Positions 9,674 to 20,876 of a stretch of 64,000 nucleotides of DNA are shown piece after piece (position 1 is the first letter of the stretch; each line of letters opens with the position of its first letter). Below the pieces are notes generated by a model that had not been told where the DNA came from, searched no databases, and saw only the letters and a program-made list of their open reading frames with translations. The DNA lies in contig JAAYMV010000089.1 in the NCBI GenBank assembly GCA_012521185.1, positions 79,105 to 143,104 on the forward strand, read 5' to 3'. The position numbers were made by a program, and so were the translations under genes. This DNA comes from Bacillota bacterium (GTDB taxonomy: Bacteria; Bacillota; Limnochordia; Darwinibacteriales; DTU012).

Positions 9674-10118
9674 TCTCTTCCCCTCCCCCTGCTTCAAAAA
9701 TCGAAACTATTTCAGTAAAGTCATAGGTCTTGCCTTCAACAATTACTTCTGGCCAACCATTATGAAACTGAACACCTGTTACTTTACCGTAGAGGCTTTC
9801 TCCTTCATGACTATAAATCTCAACCTCTTTACCAATCATTGCAGTTGCTTGTGACAAGGCAGTTAATCGCTGCTGTGACTCCATCATCATGTTAATTGAC
9901 GATGATAAGTTTTGCATCTGCTCCAAACTACTAAACTGTGCCAGTTGAGCAATAAATTCTTTGTCGTCAACCGGATTGATTGGGTCTTGGTGTCTCAATT
10001 GGGTTACCAGAAGTTTTAGAAAATCATCTTTACCCAAAATTTCTTGATTAACTAACGTTTGGTTCTGTGTTGTATTTTTCGTAGTTGTATTTGTGTTCGA
10101 GACCTTCACCATTGTCAC
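9666..10118 (-). CDS. flgD: Flagellar hook capping/assembly protein FlgD
   Basis: 150 aa with the FlgD motif KDDFLKLLVTQLRHQDPINPVDDKEFIAQLAQFSSLEQM. Confidence 0.92.
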   Translation of the reverse strand: MTMVKVSNTNTTTKNTTQNQTLVNQEILGKDDFLKLLVTQLRHQDPINPVDDKEFIAQLAQFSSLEQMQNLSSSINMMMESQQRLTALSQATAMIGKEVEIYSHEGESLYGKVTGVQFHNGWPEVIVEGKTYDFTEIVSIFEAGGGEENA

Positions 10119-10121
10119 CTC

Positions 10122-11756
10122 CTATACTCGTAAATTAACTTGTGACAAGGAATCTTCTGTTCGAATTGCTGGTTCTAAATCTAATTGAACCTTTGGAGAA
10201 ACCTTTGATTTAACTACTGTTACATTTCTGCGTGGTGTTTCATCAGAATATCCGCTGTCATTACCACCTAGATTAACATCAACCTGTCCTAAATTAATTC
10301 CTTGTTGTTGTAAAGCTTGACGCAACTCAGGTAATTGAGCTGATAGAATCTCCTTTACCGCTTGGCTTTCAATAACAAACTCTGCTGTAACTATTCCTTG
10401 CTCAATAGCTAATTTAATCTTTACCTCACCAAGATGATCGGGTTTTAATTGAATTCGAACCTCATGATGCTCTCCAACAGATTGGAAATGCATTTTCTCT
10501 ACCACTTGTTGGAAAACACTTTGCTCTAGCCTTGGTGGAGTGCTTGTTGAGCTAGAAGCCGTTTGCACAGAATTCTCAGGTTGAATCTTAGCTTGGAATT
10601 GTTCGTCTAATCCAGTTGTACTAGATTCAATTTCTATCTTAGACCCTTTGTCTTTAGCTTGTCCTAGGCTAGTTATCAATTCTTTGCTATCTACTTCTTG
10701 ATCACGAGTAACAGCAGATTCACCTGGTTTTGCTACTATTTCTAGTGGTGATATTTCATCATCCAACTGCTGGTCAAACTGTTCACCGACTACCTGTTCA
10801 GTAGAAGAATGGAGTTGAGCCAAGTGCGACTGACGCTGAAGTCTATCAGCTAGTAGTTCTTGAGTAAAACTATTTACTGACGTTTGTATAAATAATATTT
10901 CTTCTGTTTCACCTTGAGCAATAGACTCTGCAAGAGTATTAGACACGTCGAATATTGGTCTACTTATATTCAATGGTTCGCCTGCTGCAAGTTTTGGCTG
11001 ATAAGGTTCCACATTCTTCTGCAGCTGTTCAACATTAACTTGAACCAATTCTTCAGCGAAAACATCTTCACTTATTGCAGTACTTAGGTTATCAACCATT
11101 GACTCCCCAAAGTTTTCTTGGGAAAATTGGCTGTTAGCAACTGCAATTCCATGATCAGTTGACTGATTTATGACTGTACTAGAATCCATGTTTCCTAAGT
11201 CGGTTTGCTTAATTGGCTCTGAAACAAGTCCTATCCTGGTTTTAATAGCAAAATTAGACTCTTCGTTTGCTTTACTTGGCTTACTGTACCACACATTTTG
11301 CTGAAGGGCGGCTTGATGTACGCGACTTATATTAGAATCATTTGTTCCAGATTCTTCGCTTTTAAAGGCAGCCAAGTTTGCTAGCACATTGAATAGATAT
11401 TCGTTTGGCACAGCTTGCTCGCTAACTGCCTCCTCATTATCTACATCTTCACTAGCCACTTCATCTTCTGCCACACCTTTTAAATAAGCCGCTTCTAGTT
11501 GAGCAACCAAACCCTCTAGCGATACTTCGTGTTCATTGATATCCAGTTCCAAGAGCTGCTCTTGACCAGCTTGTGCTAAAAGCAACTGTTGTTTTAAATT
11601 ACCTACAACATCTAAATCCATTACTTCCTGATTAGTTGCTCCAGATAAAACCTGAGCCAACAAACTTGAAAATTCATGTTCTAATGCACCTTTAGCCGCA
11701 TTAGCTGGTTTAATGGTTTCTAACAGCTGTGTAATATCATTGATACCGACAATCAC
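10122..11756 (-). CDS. fliK: Flagellar hook-length control protein FliK
   Basis: 544 aa. The long N-terminal part is acidic and Q-rich, and a FliK C-terminal domain is present (VRIQLKPDHLGEVKIKLAIEQGIVTAEFVIESQAVKEIL). It lies between ylxF and flgD. Confidence 0.85.
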   Translation of the reverse strand: MIVGINDITQLLETIKPANAAKGALEHEFSSLLAQVLSGATNQEVMDLDVVGNLKQQLLLAQAGQEQLLELDINEHEVSLEGLVAQLEAAYLKGVAEDEVASEDVDNEEAVSEQAVPNEYLFNVLANLAAFKSEESGTNDSNISRVHQAALQQNVWYSKPSKANEESNFAIKTRIGLVSEPIKQTDLGNMDSSTVINQSTDHGIAVANSQFSQENFGESMVDNLSTAISEDVFAEELVQVNVEQLQKNVEPYQPKLAAGEPLNISRPIFDVSNTLAESIAQGETEEILFIQTSVNSFTQELLADRLQRQSHLAQLHSSTEQVVGEQFDQQLDDEISPLEIVAKPGESAVTRDQEVDSKELITSLGQAKDKGSKIEIESSTTGLDEQFQAKIQPENSVQTASSSTSTPPRLEQSVFQQVVEKMHFQSVGEHHEVRIQLKPDHLGEVKIKLAIEQGIVTAEFVIESQAVKEILSAQLPELRQALQQQGINLGQVDVNLGGNDSGYSDETPRRNVTVVKSKVSPKVQLDLEPAIRTEDSLSQVNLRV

Positions 11757-11786
11757 TTATTCACCTCCTTTGCAAGATAAACTTAT

Positions 11787-12302
11787 TTATTGAAACTGCT
11801 CACTAACAGTAGCAGCAATTTCCGGAGGAAGACCTGCTAAAATCGCAGACGCGGTTTCTGTATCCATAGCTAAAATGATTTCCAGAATTAAATCCACATC
11901 CATAATCTCCAAAATTTTAACGGCTTCATTTGGTCTCATCTGCGTATATAAACTAGCTAGATGTTCGACCTTTCGCCTAGATTCAATCTTAGCTGCTAAA
12001 TCTCGCTCTTGTCTTGCTAATGAAGCTTCCTTTCTTGCCATAACTTCTTGCTCTTGTGCAAGAGCTTGGCGAGCTTCTTCAATCTCTGCCCATGCTAAAT
12101 CAATTCGTTCTTGTTGTTCAGCAATAAATTCTTGACTTTCCTTACCGATATTATAAGTTTCCACATGAGGTGCAAGCCAGGAAACGGTACCAGCATATTC
12201 CCAGACTGCTTCTTGCGGGATAACATCTGTGATAGTTAAAATAACAAAGGCAGTACAAATTGCAATGATTAGGGACAGAATTGACAATATCCACTTCGAC
12301 AC
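11787..12302 (-). CDS. ylxF: YlxF-like flagellar operon protein (coiled coil plus MgtE-N-like C-terminus)
   Basis: 171 aa with an N-terminal TM helix, in the same position as B. subtilis ylxF between fliJ and fliK. Confidence 0.6.
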   Translation of the reverse strand: MSKWILSILSLIIAICTAFVILTITDVIPQEAVWEYAGTVSWLAPHVETYNIGKESQEFIAEQQERIDLAWAEIEEARQALAQEQEVMARKEASLARQERDLAAKIESRRKVEHLASLYTQMRPNEAVKILEIMDVDLILEIILAMDTETASAILAGLPPEIAATVSEQFQ

Positions 12303-12314
12303 AGAACATCCTCC

Positions 12315-12740
12315 TTAAATTCTAGGAACATTGTTCTTTAAATCATCTAGCTGATTTTGTTCCTTCCTAGCTTGTTCATAAACAAATGCTTGATATTTTT
12401 TCTCCCTTAAACGCTCTAACATTTCTTTTTCTTGTCTCGCTTTAATCCAGATCTCTCGAGCACGATGCTCGTGGGCTGCTGCTTCATTAACGACTTCTTG
12501 CTGAAATTCAATTTTCATATCCATATGCTGAAGATACTGATGTAATAACGGTCGATAAGCAAGACCTAATTCCCGATAACCAAATTCTAAACTTTCTTGT
12601 CTTTGATTTTCTAAATCCATCAAGTGTGCTTTAGCCTGCATTAGCTGCATATTCGCTAAAGCCCATTCTTGTTTTCTTTGTTCTTCAATTATCGTTTTAA
12701 CTCTAGCTACTTGTGCAAGACGAAACTTAAATCTGGCCAT
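12315..12740 (-). CDS. fliJ: Flagellar export chaperone FliJ
   Basis: 141 aa all-helical coiled coil (MARFKFRLAQV...), located immediately after fliI. Confidence 0.85.
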   Translation of the reverse strand: MARFKFRLAQVARVKTIIEEQRKQEWALANMQLMQAKAHLMDLENQRQESLEFGYRELGLAYRPLLHQYLQHMDMKIEFQQEVVNEAAAHEHRAREIWIKARQEKEMLERLREKKYQAFVYEQARKEQNQLDDLKNNVPRI

Positions 12741-12742
12741 CT

Positions 12743-14062
12743 TTATTCATCCTCACTAAAAGCAGCCTTTAATAGCTGAAGGGTCTGTTCCCAATTGGAT
12801 TGTTCATGAGTTCTTTGTTTAAGAAAACCATTAATTTGTTCTATGCAAGCTATAGCTCGATCAATCTCAGGATTAGCACCTGATACATAAGCACCAATAT
12901 TAATTAAATCTTCAGCATCTCGATATGTGGCTAAATGTGCTTTTAACCTGCCAGCCAAGTCAAGATGTTGAGCATCAACGACAGCGGGCATAACCCGGCT
13001 TACACTAGCTAATACATCTATCGCTGGATAATGTTGTTTTTCTGCTAAACTCCTGGACAGCACAATATGACCATCAAGAATTCCCCGAACTGCGTCAGAA
13101 ATCGGTTCGTTCATATCATCACCGTCCACTAATACTGTATAAAACCCAGTAATTGTACCATGTTCGCCAGGGCCTGTCCGTTCAAGAAGTTTAGGCAATA
13201 AAGCAAACACGGAAGGTGTGTAACCTCGAGTAGCTGGCGGTTCACCTATCGACAACCCTATTTCCCTTTGAGCTAAAGCAAAACGAGTAACCGAGTCCAT
13301 CATAAACAATACGTCATTATGGCAATCACGGAAATACTCCGCAATAGTTGTGGCTACCATCGCTGCTTTTAATCTGACTAAAGCAGGTTGATCGGATGTT
13401 GCCACAACTACTACTGACCTAGCTAAACCTTCGGGACCCAAGTCGTTTTCAATAAACTCTCTAACCTCACGTCCCCGTTCTCCAATTAAGGCAATGACGT
13501 TTACATCCGCTTCAGTATTACGTGCCATCATTCCTAATAAAGTACTTTTACCTACACCACTACCGGCAAATATCCCTAACCTTTGACCGCGGCCACAAGT
13601 CAAAACACCATCAATTGCCCTGACTCCTACAGATAATGGTTTGGTAATTCGTTGTCTGTTTAAAGGTTGGACGTAATTGTTTTCAATGGGCAATTCCTTT
13701 TCTATAACCAATGGACCTTTGCCATCCATTGGGTTTCCAAGACCGTCTAAAATTCGGCCTAATAGCTTTGGCCCTACTCCAACTTTTAAAGGGCGACTCA
13801 AACTGATAACCTGGCTTCCAGGACCAATTCCAGTCAATTCCGCCAAAGGCATGATTAACAAGGTTTCATCCCTAAAACCTGCCACTTCTCCATAAATAGG
13901 TTTGCCGTTACGAGGTTGAATCAGACAAATGTCTCCTACATTAGCCATTGGCCCTTTCGACTCAATTGTCAAGCCAACAATCTTGGTTACCTTACCAATC
14001 TGCTCCATCTCATCAATCTCTGCAACAGCATTTAAGTAATGAGCCAGTCTTGGATTACTCAT
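12743..14062 (-). CDS. fliI: Flagellum-specific ATPase FliI
   Basis: 439 aa with Walker A GSGVGKST and an F1/T3SS-ATPase-like body. Confidence 0.97.
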   Translation of the reverse strand: MSNPRLAHYLNAVAEIDEMEQIGKVTKIVGLTIESKGPMANVGDICLIQPRNGKPIYGEVAGFRDETLLIMPLAELTGIGPGSQVISLSRPLKVGVGPKLLGRILDGLGNPMDGKGPLVIEKELPIENNYVQPLNRQRITKPLSVGVRAIDGVLTCGRGQRLGIFAGSGVGKSTLLGMMARNTEADVNVIALIGERGREVREFIENDLGPEGLARSVVVVATSDQPALVRLKAAMVATTIAEYFRDCHNDVLFMMDSVTRFALAQREIGLSIGEPPATRGYTPSVFALLPKLLERTGPGEHGTITGFYTVLVDGDDMNEPISDAVRGILDGHIVLSRSLAEKQHYPAIDVLASVSRVMPAVVDAQHLDLAGRLKAHLATYRDAEDLINIGAYVSGANPEIDRAIACIEQINGFLKQRTHEQSNWEQTLQLLKAAFSEDE

Positions 14063-14804
14063 AAAAAATCACTTCCTGCAAACTAGTAGCAAGCTTTAAA
14101 AAACGCTTATCTAAACTAGCATCAATCAGACCAAATTCACTACTAATTAAACAACTTCCAGGTAATAAAGCCTTATCTGGCTCCCATTTAATTTTAGCAG
14201 AAGAGATACTTGCTAAACTTTCCAGATCAGATAATTGTTGGAAATCATCAGCATTAAGTCGAATAGTAATTTCTTCTACATCTGCAAGTTTATGAAGCAC
14301 GTCGGCAATTATTGGTTGTAACCAATCTTTATTCATGGAAATTTCACTCTTAATAATTTTTTCGGCAAGTACCAGGCTTAACTTTAGAAAGTCATCCTCA
14401 AGTAAAGCTAATGAACGACTCCTAGTTTTAGCAGCTTCTTCAATAATCTCATCTAATTTGGCTAGCGCTGCCTTAACTTTTTGCTGTACTTCCTCTTTGG
14501 CAACAGCAAACCCCTCTTCATAACCAGCCTGATATCCCTGTTCCATAGCTCGATTTATTGCTTCTTCTGCTTCTTTAGCAATAGTTTGTCTTGCTTCGGC
14601 TAACAAATTTTCTGCTTCTTTTTTGGCAGCTTCAATAATCGAGGCTGCTTCCTTATTGGCTTCACTTATCTTTTTTGTGGCTTGCAGCAATAAATTATCT
14701 GTCTTTGGCATTTGAGTTTTTGGTTCTTCAGTAGGTTTAATTGCTAACTGCTTAGGAGCGGTCACTTGTGTTCTTGCCTTAATGATCCTAGACAACAAAC
14801 TCAT
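14055..14804 (-). CDS. fliH: Flagellar assembly protein FliH
   Basis: It has an E/K/A-rich coiled coil and a FliH C-terminal domain. It overlaps the fliG stop and the fliI start. The start is ATG 14804 or the TTG 6 nt downstream. Confidence 0.85.
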   Translation of the reverse strand: MSLLSRIIKARTQVTAPKQLAIKPTEEPKTQMPKTDNLLLQATKKISEANKEAASIIEAAKKEAENLLAEARQTIAKEAEEAINRAMEQGYQAGYEEGFAVAKEEVQQKVKAALAKLDEIIEEAAKTRSRSLALLEDDFLKLSLVLAEKIIKSEISMNKDWLQPIIADVLHKLADVEEITIRLNADDFQQLSDLESLASISSAKIKWEPDKALLPGSCLISSEFGLIDASLDKRFLKLATSLQEVIFYE

Positions 14805-15792
14805 CCTCCCCGCCGCGAGAAATAATGATCTCACCAGCTTCCTCTAAGCGGCGAATAACTGCAACCACACGCTGTTGAGCCTCTTCAATATCACGTAGTC
14901 GTACAGGTCCCATAAATTCAATATCCTCTTTAAGCATGTCCGCAGCACGCTTTGACATGTTTTTGTAAATTCGCTCTGAAACTTCGCCAGAAGCTGTTTT
15001 CAAGGCAAGAGCCAAATCCTTAGAATCGATTTCACGTATTACCAGCTGAATTGAGCGATCATCAAGAGTAATAATATCCTCGAATACAAACATCCGTTTG
15101 CGAATTTCTTCAGCTAATACTGGATCCTCTTGCTCTAATGCATCGATAATCGTCTTTTCAGTTGTACGGTCAACACTGTTGAGAATATCAACTGCTGCAT
15201 CAATTCCACCAGCATGGGTGTAGTCATTGCTTGCAAATGCAGCCAACCGTTGTTCTAAGGTAGTTTCAATCTCCTCTAAAACCTCTGGGGTGGTTCTATC
15301 TAAAGTAGCCAATCTCTTTGCTACATCTACCTGTCTCTCCGGCGGTAAAGCCGACAAAATCAAACTTGCTTGTTCAGGTTGCAAATAGGCTAATATCAAC
15401 GCAATTGTCTGCGGATGTTCATGCTGAATAAAGTTCAACAGCTGACCAGGTTCAGTTTTCCGGGCGAAGTCAAAAGGTCTAACTTGTAACGTTGCAGTTA
15501 GACGATTCAAGATTGCTTCAGCTTTTTCTTTGCCTAAGGCCTGTTCCAGAATCTCCTTTGCATATTCAATACCGCCCTGATTAATATACTCTTGTGCAGT
15601 CAGCATTTCATTAAACTCAGCTAAAACAGCATCTCGAACCTCTGGTTCGATCTTTTTTAAGCTAGCAATTTGCAACGTTAACTCTTCAATATCTTCTTCA
15701 CGAAGGTGTTTATAAACCTGAGCTGAAACATCAGGACCGAGAGAAACTAACAATATAGCTGCTTTTTCCTTACCAGATAATTTTGATACCAT
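14788..15792 (-). CDS. fliG: Flagellar motor switch protein FliG
   Basis: 334 aa (LSGKEKAAILLVSLG...MFVFEDI...). Confidence 0.97.
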   Translation of the reverse strand: MVSKLSGKEKAAILLVSLGPDVSAQVYKHLREEDIEELTLQIASLKKIEPEVRDAVLAEFNEMLTAQEYINQGGIEYAKEILEQALGKEKAEAILNRLTATLQVRPFDFARKTEPGQLLNFIQHEHPQTIALILAYLQPEQASLILSALPPERQVDVAKRLATLDRTTPEVLEEIETTLEQRLAAFASNDYTHAGGIDAAVDILNSVDRTTEKTIIDALEQEDPVLAEEIRKRMFVFEDIITLDDRSIQLVIREIDSKDLALALKTASGEVSERIYKNMSKRAADMLKEDIEFMGPVRLRDIEEAQQRVVAVIRRLEEAGEIIISRGGEDEFVV

Positions 15793-15803
15793 TAGTACGC
15801 CTC

Positions 15804-17345
15804 CTAATCATTTAAGAGCCATGTTCTTAGCATTTGAGCAAACTCTTCTGGTTTGTCCAAAGCCTGTTCTCTTAATCGCTTAGAAATATTTAATCTTAGT
15901 TTCTCTTCAGCAGTTCGAGGTTGCTCAAACAGCTCATCCTCATCATCAGCTTGAACCTCTTGAGCTGCTGCCAATAATTCCTCTTGTAATTTCTTCTTCC
16001 GTTGATAGAAGATTACACTCAATACGATAACAGCTAATACCAAGATAACCAAGATTATATAAAGTAGTGTTAAATTTTGACTAGGAACTGAAGATAAGTC
16101 CTGAGTAGCTAATGACATAAAATCATCCCTAAACGGTATACTATTGACAGAAATTTGGTCCCCCCGCTCAAGCTGTAAACCAATAGCACCAATAATCGAT
16201 GATTCGATAGTTTCAAGCTGTTCCTCAGTTAATTCCCCATTAATCCAGACAGCCACCCCTAGGCGTTTAATACTGCCTGGAGTAGAATTGTATCGCCGTT
16301 CAATTCTATTTAACTCATAATTGAGTACTGAATCGACTTTGGAATATTCATCAACTCTGTCAGAATCATCTAATCCAACATAGCCGGGAACATTAGATTC
16401 CACCCCCGGTATTCCGATAGCTGAATATGTAGAACCGGTAAACTCTTCCCGATAAGTCTGCTCACTACGAATCAGGCCTCCATCAGGAGTAGGGGCCTGG
16501 TAAATCTCGCTATATTGTTCATTAATATCAAAATCTAATTCAACATTCACAAGTGCGACTACTTTACCAACACCATAAACACGCTCTAACATAGCAGTTA
16601 ATGTATTAGATAATTGTCTCTCATATACACTTTCAATCTGAATTCTTTGAACAATCAGATCGCTATCAATCGTTTCCAGCAGACTTAAACTATCACTTAA
16701 TACATTACCGCGATTATCGATAATCGTTATGTTCTCAGGTAAAAGACCTTCCACACTAGTTGATAACAAATGAGTAATACCAAGAACCTGTTTTTTAGAC
16801 AAGGTTACCCCTGGTTTCAGAGTTAATAAAACACTAGCTGTTGATGGCTGTGACTCTTGAATAAACAAACTTCGTCTAGGTAAAACAATATGCACACGTG
16901 CATCTTGAACTTCACTTAACTCCTTAATTGTTCGAGTTAATTCTCCTTGTAAAGCCACCAGATAACGCAGCTCTCGATCGCTTTCGGTTTCTCCAAGTCT
17001 AGTAGTATTAAATATCTCAAATCCAACAACTCCACCTTTAGGCAGCCCTTGACTAGCTAATGTCAGCCTAGTTTCATAAACATGTTCTGCAGGCACGTGA
17101 ATTGTAGAACCATTATCACTCAATTCATAAGGTATACCATTATCCCGTAATACCGTAACAATTGATGCGGCATCTTCTGGGGTTAAATTGGTATATAATG
17201 GCTGATAATCTGTTGAGGAAAAAAGAGCGATAAACATCAACGACAAAAAAACACCTAAAACTAGAACCCCGCCCCCTATCCGCATTGGCATGGATAACTT
17301 ACCCCATAATTCTTTGAATGATTTTATAATAGGTTCCATCTTCAT
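15804..17345 (-). CDS. fliF: Flagellar MS-ring protein FliF
   Basis: 513 aa with N- and C-terminal TM helices, the YscJ/FliF body and an acidic C-terminal FliG-binding tail. Confidence 0.95.
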   Translation of the reverse strand: MKMEPIIKSFKELWGKLSMPMRIGGGVLVLGVFLSLMFIALFSSTDYQPLYTNLTPEDAASIVTVLRDNGIPYELSDNGSTIHVPAEHVYETRLTLASQGLPKGGVVGFEIFNTTRLGETESDRELRYLVALQGELTRTIKELSEVQDARVHIVLPRRSLFIQESQPSTASVLLTLKPGVTLSKKQVLGITHLLSTSVEGLLPENITIIDNRGNVLSDSLSLLETIDSDLIVQRIQIESVYERQLSNTLTAMLERVYGVGKVVALVNVELDFDINEQYSEIYQAPTPDGGLIRSEQTYREEFTGSTYSAIGIPGVESNVPGYVGLDDSDRVDEYSKVDSVLNYELNRIERRYNSTPGSIKRLGVAVWINGELTEEQLETIESSIIGAIGLQLERGDQISVNSIPFRDDFMSLATQDLSSVPSQNLTLLYIILVILVLAVIVLSVIFYQRKKKLQEELLAAAQEVQADDEDELFEQPRTAEEKLRLNISKRLREQALDKPEEFAQMLRTWLLND

Positions 17346-17364
17346 TCTTCATCTCCCTACGAAG

Positions 17365-17655
17365 CTAAACTTGAATACGCATGATTTCTTGGTATGCTTC
17401 CTGTATTTTATTGCGAATAGCTAATGTAAGCTGCAATGCCAAATTTGCCTTTTCAGTAATGATCATAGCATCGTGGTACTCAATTTCCCCCTTGACTAAC
17501 ATGGCAGCTGCCTGTTCAGCTTGTTGAATTTGATCATTTACCCCATATAAAGCATCTTTTAATAATTGACCAAACTCTAATTTATTCTCCTGTTTTATAC
17601 TTGCGGGCTTAGACCCGATCTCTGGCAACTGTGATAATTCAGAAGTTATTCTCAT
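17365..17655 (-). CDS. fliE: Flagellar hook-basal body protein FliE
   Basis: 96 aa, located between flgC and fliF, with a conserved C-terminal helix. Confidence 0.9.
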   Translation of the reverse strand: MRITSELSQLPEIGSKPASIKQENKLEFGQLLKDALYGVNDQIQQAEQAAAMLVKGEIEYHDAMIITEKANLALQLTLAIRNKIQEAYQEIMRIQV

Positions 17656-17669
17656 CTAAATTCACTCCC

Positions 17670-18107
17670 TTAGCCTTTACCTATTTCTAATGCCTTCTGT
17701 GCCATAGATTTGGCGGCGTTAATTGCTGTAATATTTGCCTCATATGCTCTAGAAGCAGAAATTAAGTCAACCATTTCTTTAACTGGTTGTATGTTCGGTA
17801 ATTCAACGTATCCATCTGCATTAGCATCAGGATGTTCAGGATCATAAACTAGCCGTGGCGGTGATGGATCGTGATAAATACCAACCACCTTTACTCCCTT
17901 ACCGGTAGCTAATTTACTATTTGATTGTCTTCTGTCTACCTTAGCATCTTCAATGGCTTGGAAAATCGCCATTTGTCGACGGTAAGGTCCCCCCTCTTCT
18001 GTTTGAGTCGTATTTACATTAGCCAAGTTGTTAGCGATCAAGTCCATTCTTAACTTCTCAGCGGTAAGTCCTGAAGCACTTATCCGAAAAGAATCAAATA
18101 CGCTCAT
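17670..18107 (-). CDS. flgC: Flagellar proximal rod protein FlgC
   Basis: 145 aa with ANNLANVNTT at the N-terminus and SASRAYEANITAINAAKSM at the C-terminus. Confidence 0.96.
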   Translation of the reverse strand: MSVFDSFRISASGLTAEKLRMDLIANNLANVNTTQTEEGGPYRRQMAIFQAIEDAKVDRRQSNSKLATGKGVKVVGIYHDPSPPRLVYDPEHPDANADGYVELPNIQPVKEMVDLISASRAYEANITAINAAKSMAQKALEIGKG

Positions 18108-18110
18108 TTA

Positions 18111-18500
18111 TTACCGTCTCCCTTCAGTAATTGCTGTTCTGAGAAAATCAAGGTTACGATTAATAATGTCAGACATAGCCAAATAATGAAGTTGATTTTC
18201 TAAAATCAATGTCATTTCCCGCTCTATATCTACATTATTCAAGTCATTTCCCATGATAGTGCCCTGTTCCTGAACAATTCTAATAGGACTAGAACTGCTT
18301 TGCCTAGTGCCTCGAATGTGCTTATGATGTGTTCTTGTAACAGGTAGCTTATTCTTTTGTCCATCTAAAACTTCAGAAAACACTACATCAGAACGACGAA
18401 ATTGTGGTGTATTTACATTAGCAACGTTATTGCTAAGTACTTTGTGTCGTAATGTAGAGGCATCTAAACCTTGTTTTACGGCATCTACCACCCTAAACAC
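18111..18500 (-). CDS. flgB: Flagellar proximal rod protein FlgB
   Basis: 129 aa with SNNVANVNTPQFRR. It is the first gene of the fla operon and uses a GTG start after AAAGGA. Confidence 0.93.
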   Translation of the reverse strand: MFRVVDAVKQGLDASTLRHKVLSNNVANVNTPQFRRSDVVFSEVLDGQKNKLPVTRTHHKHIRGTRQSSSSPIRIVQEQGTIMGNDLNNVDIEREMTLILENQLHYLAMSDIINRNLDFLRTAITEGRR

Positions 18501-18611
18501 GGTATCATCCTTTCTATAAGATGTAAAGATATTATTTACACAGTTAGATTAACTTTATTTTCTACATTATCTCAAGATTATCCTTCCTTTGTGTAACAAT
18601 TCCTTGAAAAG

Positions 18612-18647
18612 ACAAAAAAAGAGAGCAAATTTCGATCTTTGCTCTCT
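18612..18647 (-). terminator. Intrinsic terminator after codY
   Basis: Minus strand AGAGAGCAAA-GAUCGAAA-UUUGCUCUCU followed by UUUUUU, starting 11 nt after the codY stop. Confidence 0.85.
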
Positions 18648-18658
18648 AAACAGGCTGG

Positions 18659-19432
18659 TTATCGTGTCCGATGTTTGGCTAATTCATCTAAAAAGAACTC
18701 ATTTAACACCCGGATATACGTGCCTTTCATACCTAAAGAACGTGATTCAATTACCCCAGCACTTTCTAATTTTCGCAGGGCATTAACTATCACTGACCTA
18801 GTAATTCCTACAGTATCCGCTATTTTACTAGCTACTAGTAGGCCTTCAGTACCGTCTAACTCATCAAAGATATGCTCAATCGCCTCCTGCTCCGAAAATG
18901 ATAGCGTACCGATAGCAATTTGACAAGCAGCTTTCTTACGTACTTCAGCTTCAATTTCATCAGCTCGGTTTCTTAAGATTTCCATACCTACCACAGTAGC
19001 ACCATATTCTGCTAAAATCAGATCTTCATCCTCAAAGAGACCCGATCCTTTACCTAATACTAATGTTCCAAGACGTTCACCACTTCCACTAAGCGGTACA
19101 ATAGTAATTATTTCATCGCGGAATGGGCATTCCACTTCATTTTCAGCTAATTCCGAGCGCTTACGATTGGCACTTGTAATATCAATTCTTAATAACTCGT
19201 AATTATATTCAAAAGGTATTTCCTTCATAGCTGATAGCTCATCGTCTGTTAAACCTGAGGTGTAATCTCGTAAGGCAAAGCCAAGGATTTGTCCCTGTCT
19301 ACTAATCACATAAATGTTACAATCAATTACCTCAGATAGCACCTTTGTCATAGCCGAAAAATCTACTTGGTAACCAAAAGATTGTTGGATCAAACGACTA
19401 ATTTTTCGTGTTTTCTCAAGTAATTTCTTCAT
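18659..19432 (-). CDS. codY: GTP/BCAA-sensing global regulator CodY
   Basis: 257 aa with a GAF-like N-terminus and a C-terminal wHTH ([40 protein letters not shown]). Confidence 0.97.
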   Translation of the reverse strand: MKKLLEKTRKISRLIQQSFGYQVDFSAMTKVLSEVIDCNIYVISRQGQILGFALRDYTSGLTDDELSAMKEIPFEYNYELLRIDITSANRKRSELAENEVECPFRDEIITIVPLSGSGERLGTLVLGKGSGLFEDEDLILAEYGATVVGMEILRNRADEIEAEVRKKAACQIAIGTLSFSEQEAIEHIFDELDGTEGLLVASKIADTVGITRSVIVNALRKLESAGVIESRSLGMKGTYIRVLNEFFLDELAKHRTR

Positions 19433-19474
19433 ATCAAAGGTCTATAAGACCTTCCACACCTCCCTTTACTAAAA

Positions 19475-20866
19475 TTAGAGAATATACATACTTAGATCTT
19501 GATCAGAAATTATTGATACCAATTCTTTTTCAACAAAAGCAGCGTCAATAATTACCTTTTCTGTGTAACTGTCTGCTTCAAATGATAAATCTGCTAATAA
19601 TCTTTCTAAGATAGTGTGCAAACGCCTAGCTCCTATGTTTTCAGTGTTTTCATTCACCTGTTCCGCAATACTAGCGATGGCATCAATTCCATCTTCTGTA
19701 AATTCTATCTCTAAGCCTTCAGTCTGCAATAAAGCTCGATATTGTTTTAACAAGGCATTCTTCGGCTCAGTAAGAATCCGTACAAAATCTTCTTTACGGA
19801 GACTATCTAGTTCAACGCGAATTGGAAAACGACCTTGAAGTTCAGGAATTAAATCTGATGGTTTGGCCACATGAAAAGCACCAGCAGCAATAAATAAGAT
19901 ATGGTTAGTAGATACTGGTCCATACTTTGTCATTACTGTGCTGCCTTCCACAATCGGAAGAATATCTCGTTGAACACCTTCTCGCGATACATCTGCACCA
20001 TAAGTTTGACCACTGCCTGCAATTTTGTCAATTTCATCCAAGAATACTATCCCTGATTGTTCACAACGTTCTATTGCCTGAGCTCCAATGGAATCCATAT
20101 CTAAAAGTTTATTGGCTTCTTCCTGAGTTAATAGTCGTCGAGCCTCGCGCACAGTAACCCTTCTTTTTCGCTTCTTTTTCGGTAACAACTCACTAAACAT
20201 ATCTTGCATGTTCATTCCGATATCTTCCATACCACTGCCAGAAAAAAGCTCAAACAATTGTGGAGGCTGATCTTCAAGATTAATTTCAATTATTTCATCC
20301 TCTAGTTCACCATCGGCTAATAATTGGCGATAACGCTCTCTCATAGTTTTACTATTTTCCACTTTTTCATTCCAATTTTCTTGCTCATCTGATGAACTAT
20401 CGTTAGTCATGCCAAAAATTGCACCAAATGGGTTAATAGTTTTTTCTTTTTTGGGCATGGGAACTAGAATATTCAAAATCCGTTCATTTGCTAATTTTTC
20501 AGCTTGAGTTTCTACTTCTTTCATTCGTTCGCTTTTTACCATTCTTACAGCACATTCAACTAGATCTCGAATAATTGATTCTACATCTCGACCAACATAG
20601 CCAACTTCAGTAAACTTAGTAGCCTCAACTTTAATAAAAGGAGCATTAGCCAATTTTGCTAACCGTCTCGCAATCTCAGTTTTACCTACTCCAGTTGGCC
20701 CAATCATTAAGATATTTTTCGGAATTACATCATCCTGCATTTCTTTTGGTAATTGACGCCGCCGATAGCGGTTCCGTAAGGCAATGGCTACTGATCTTTT
20801 TGCTTCTTTTTGACCTACAATATATCGATCAAGTTCTTCAACAATTTGACGAGGAGTTAATTCCAT
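19475..20866 (-). CDS. hslU: ATP-dependent protease ATPase subunit HslU (ClpY)
   Basis: It begins [33 protein letters not shown] and carries Walker A GPTGVGKT. The start was moved to the ATG at 20866 (AGGAGG plus 6 nt), because the track ORF over-extends into hslV. Confidence 0.96.
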   Translation of the reverse strand: MELTPRQIVEELDRYIVGQKEAKRSVAIALRNRYRRRQLPKEMQDDVIPKNILMIGPTGVGKTEIARRLAKLANAPFIKVEATKFTEVGYVGRDVESIIRDLVECAVRMVKSERMKEVETQAEKLANERILNILVPMPKKEKTINPFGAIFGMTNDSSSDEQENWNEKVENSKTMRERYRQLLADGELEDEIIEINLEDQPPQLFELFSGSGMEDIGMNMQDMFSELLPKKKRKRRVTVREARRLLTQEEANKLLDMDSIGAQAIERCEQSGIVFLDEIDKIAGSGQTYGADVSREGVQRDILPIVEGSTVMTKYGPVSTNHILFIAAGAFHVAKPSDLIPELQGRFPIRVELDSLRKEDFVRILTEPKNALLKQYRALLQTEGLEIEFTEDGIDAIASIAEQVNENTENIGARRLHTILERLLADLSFEADSYTEKVIIDAAFVEKELVSIISDQDLSMYIL

Positions 20867-20876
20867 TTCCATCCTC

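Noticed and set aside
18501-18612. A CodY box and the sigma-A/sigma-D promoter of the fla operon upstream of flgB.
   Set aside because: The best matches to AATTTTCWGAAAATT are only about 9-10 of 15. No -35/-10 pair with acceptable spacing and no TAAA-N15-GCCGATAT motif could be found by eye. A promoter must exist here, because codY is terminated at 18612-18647, but I cannot place it.
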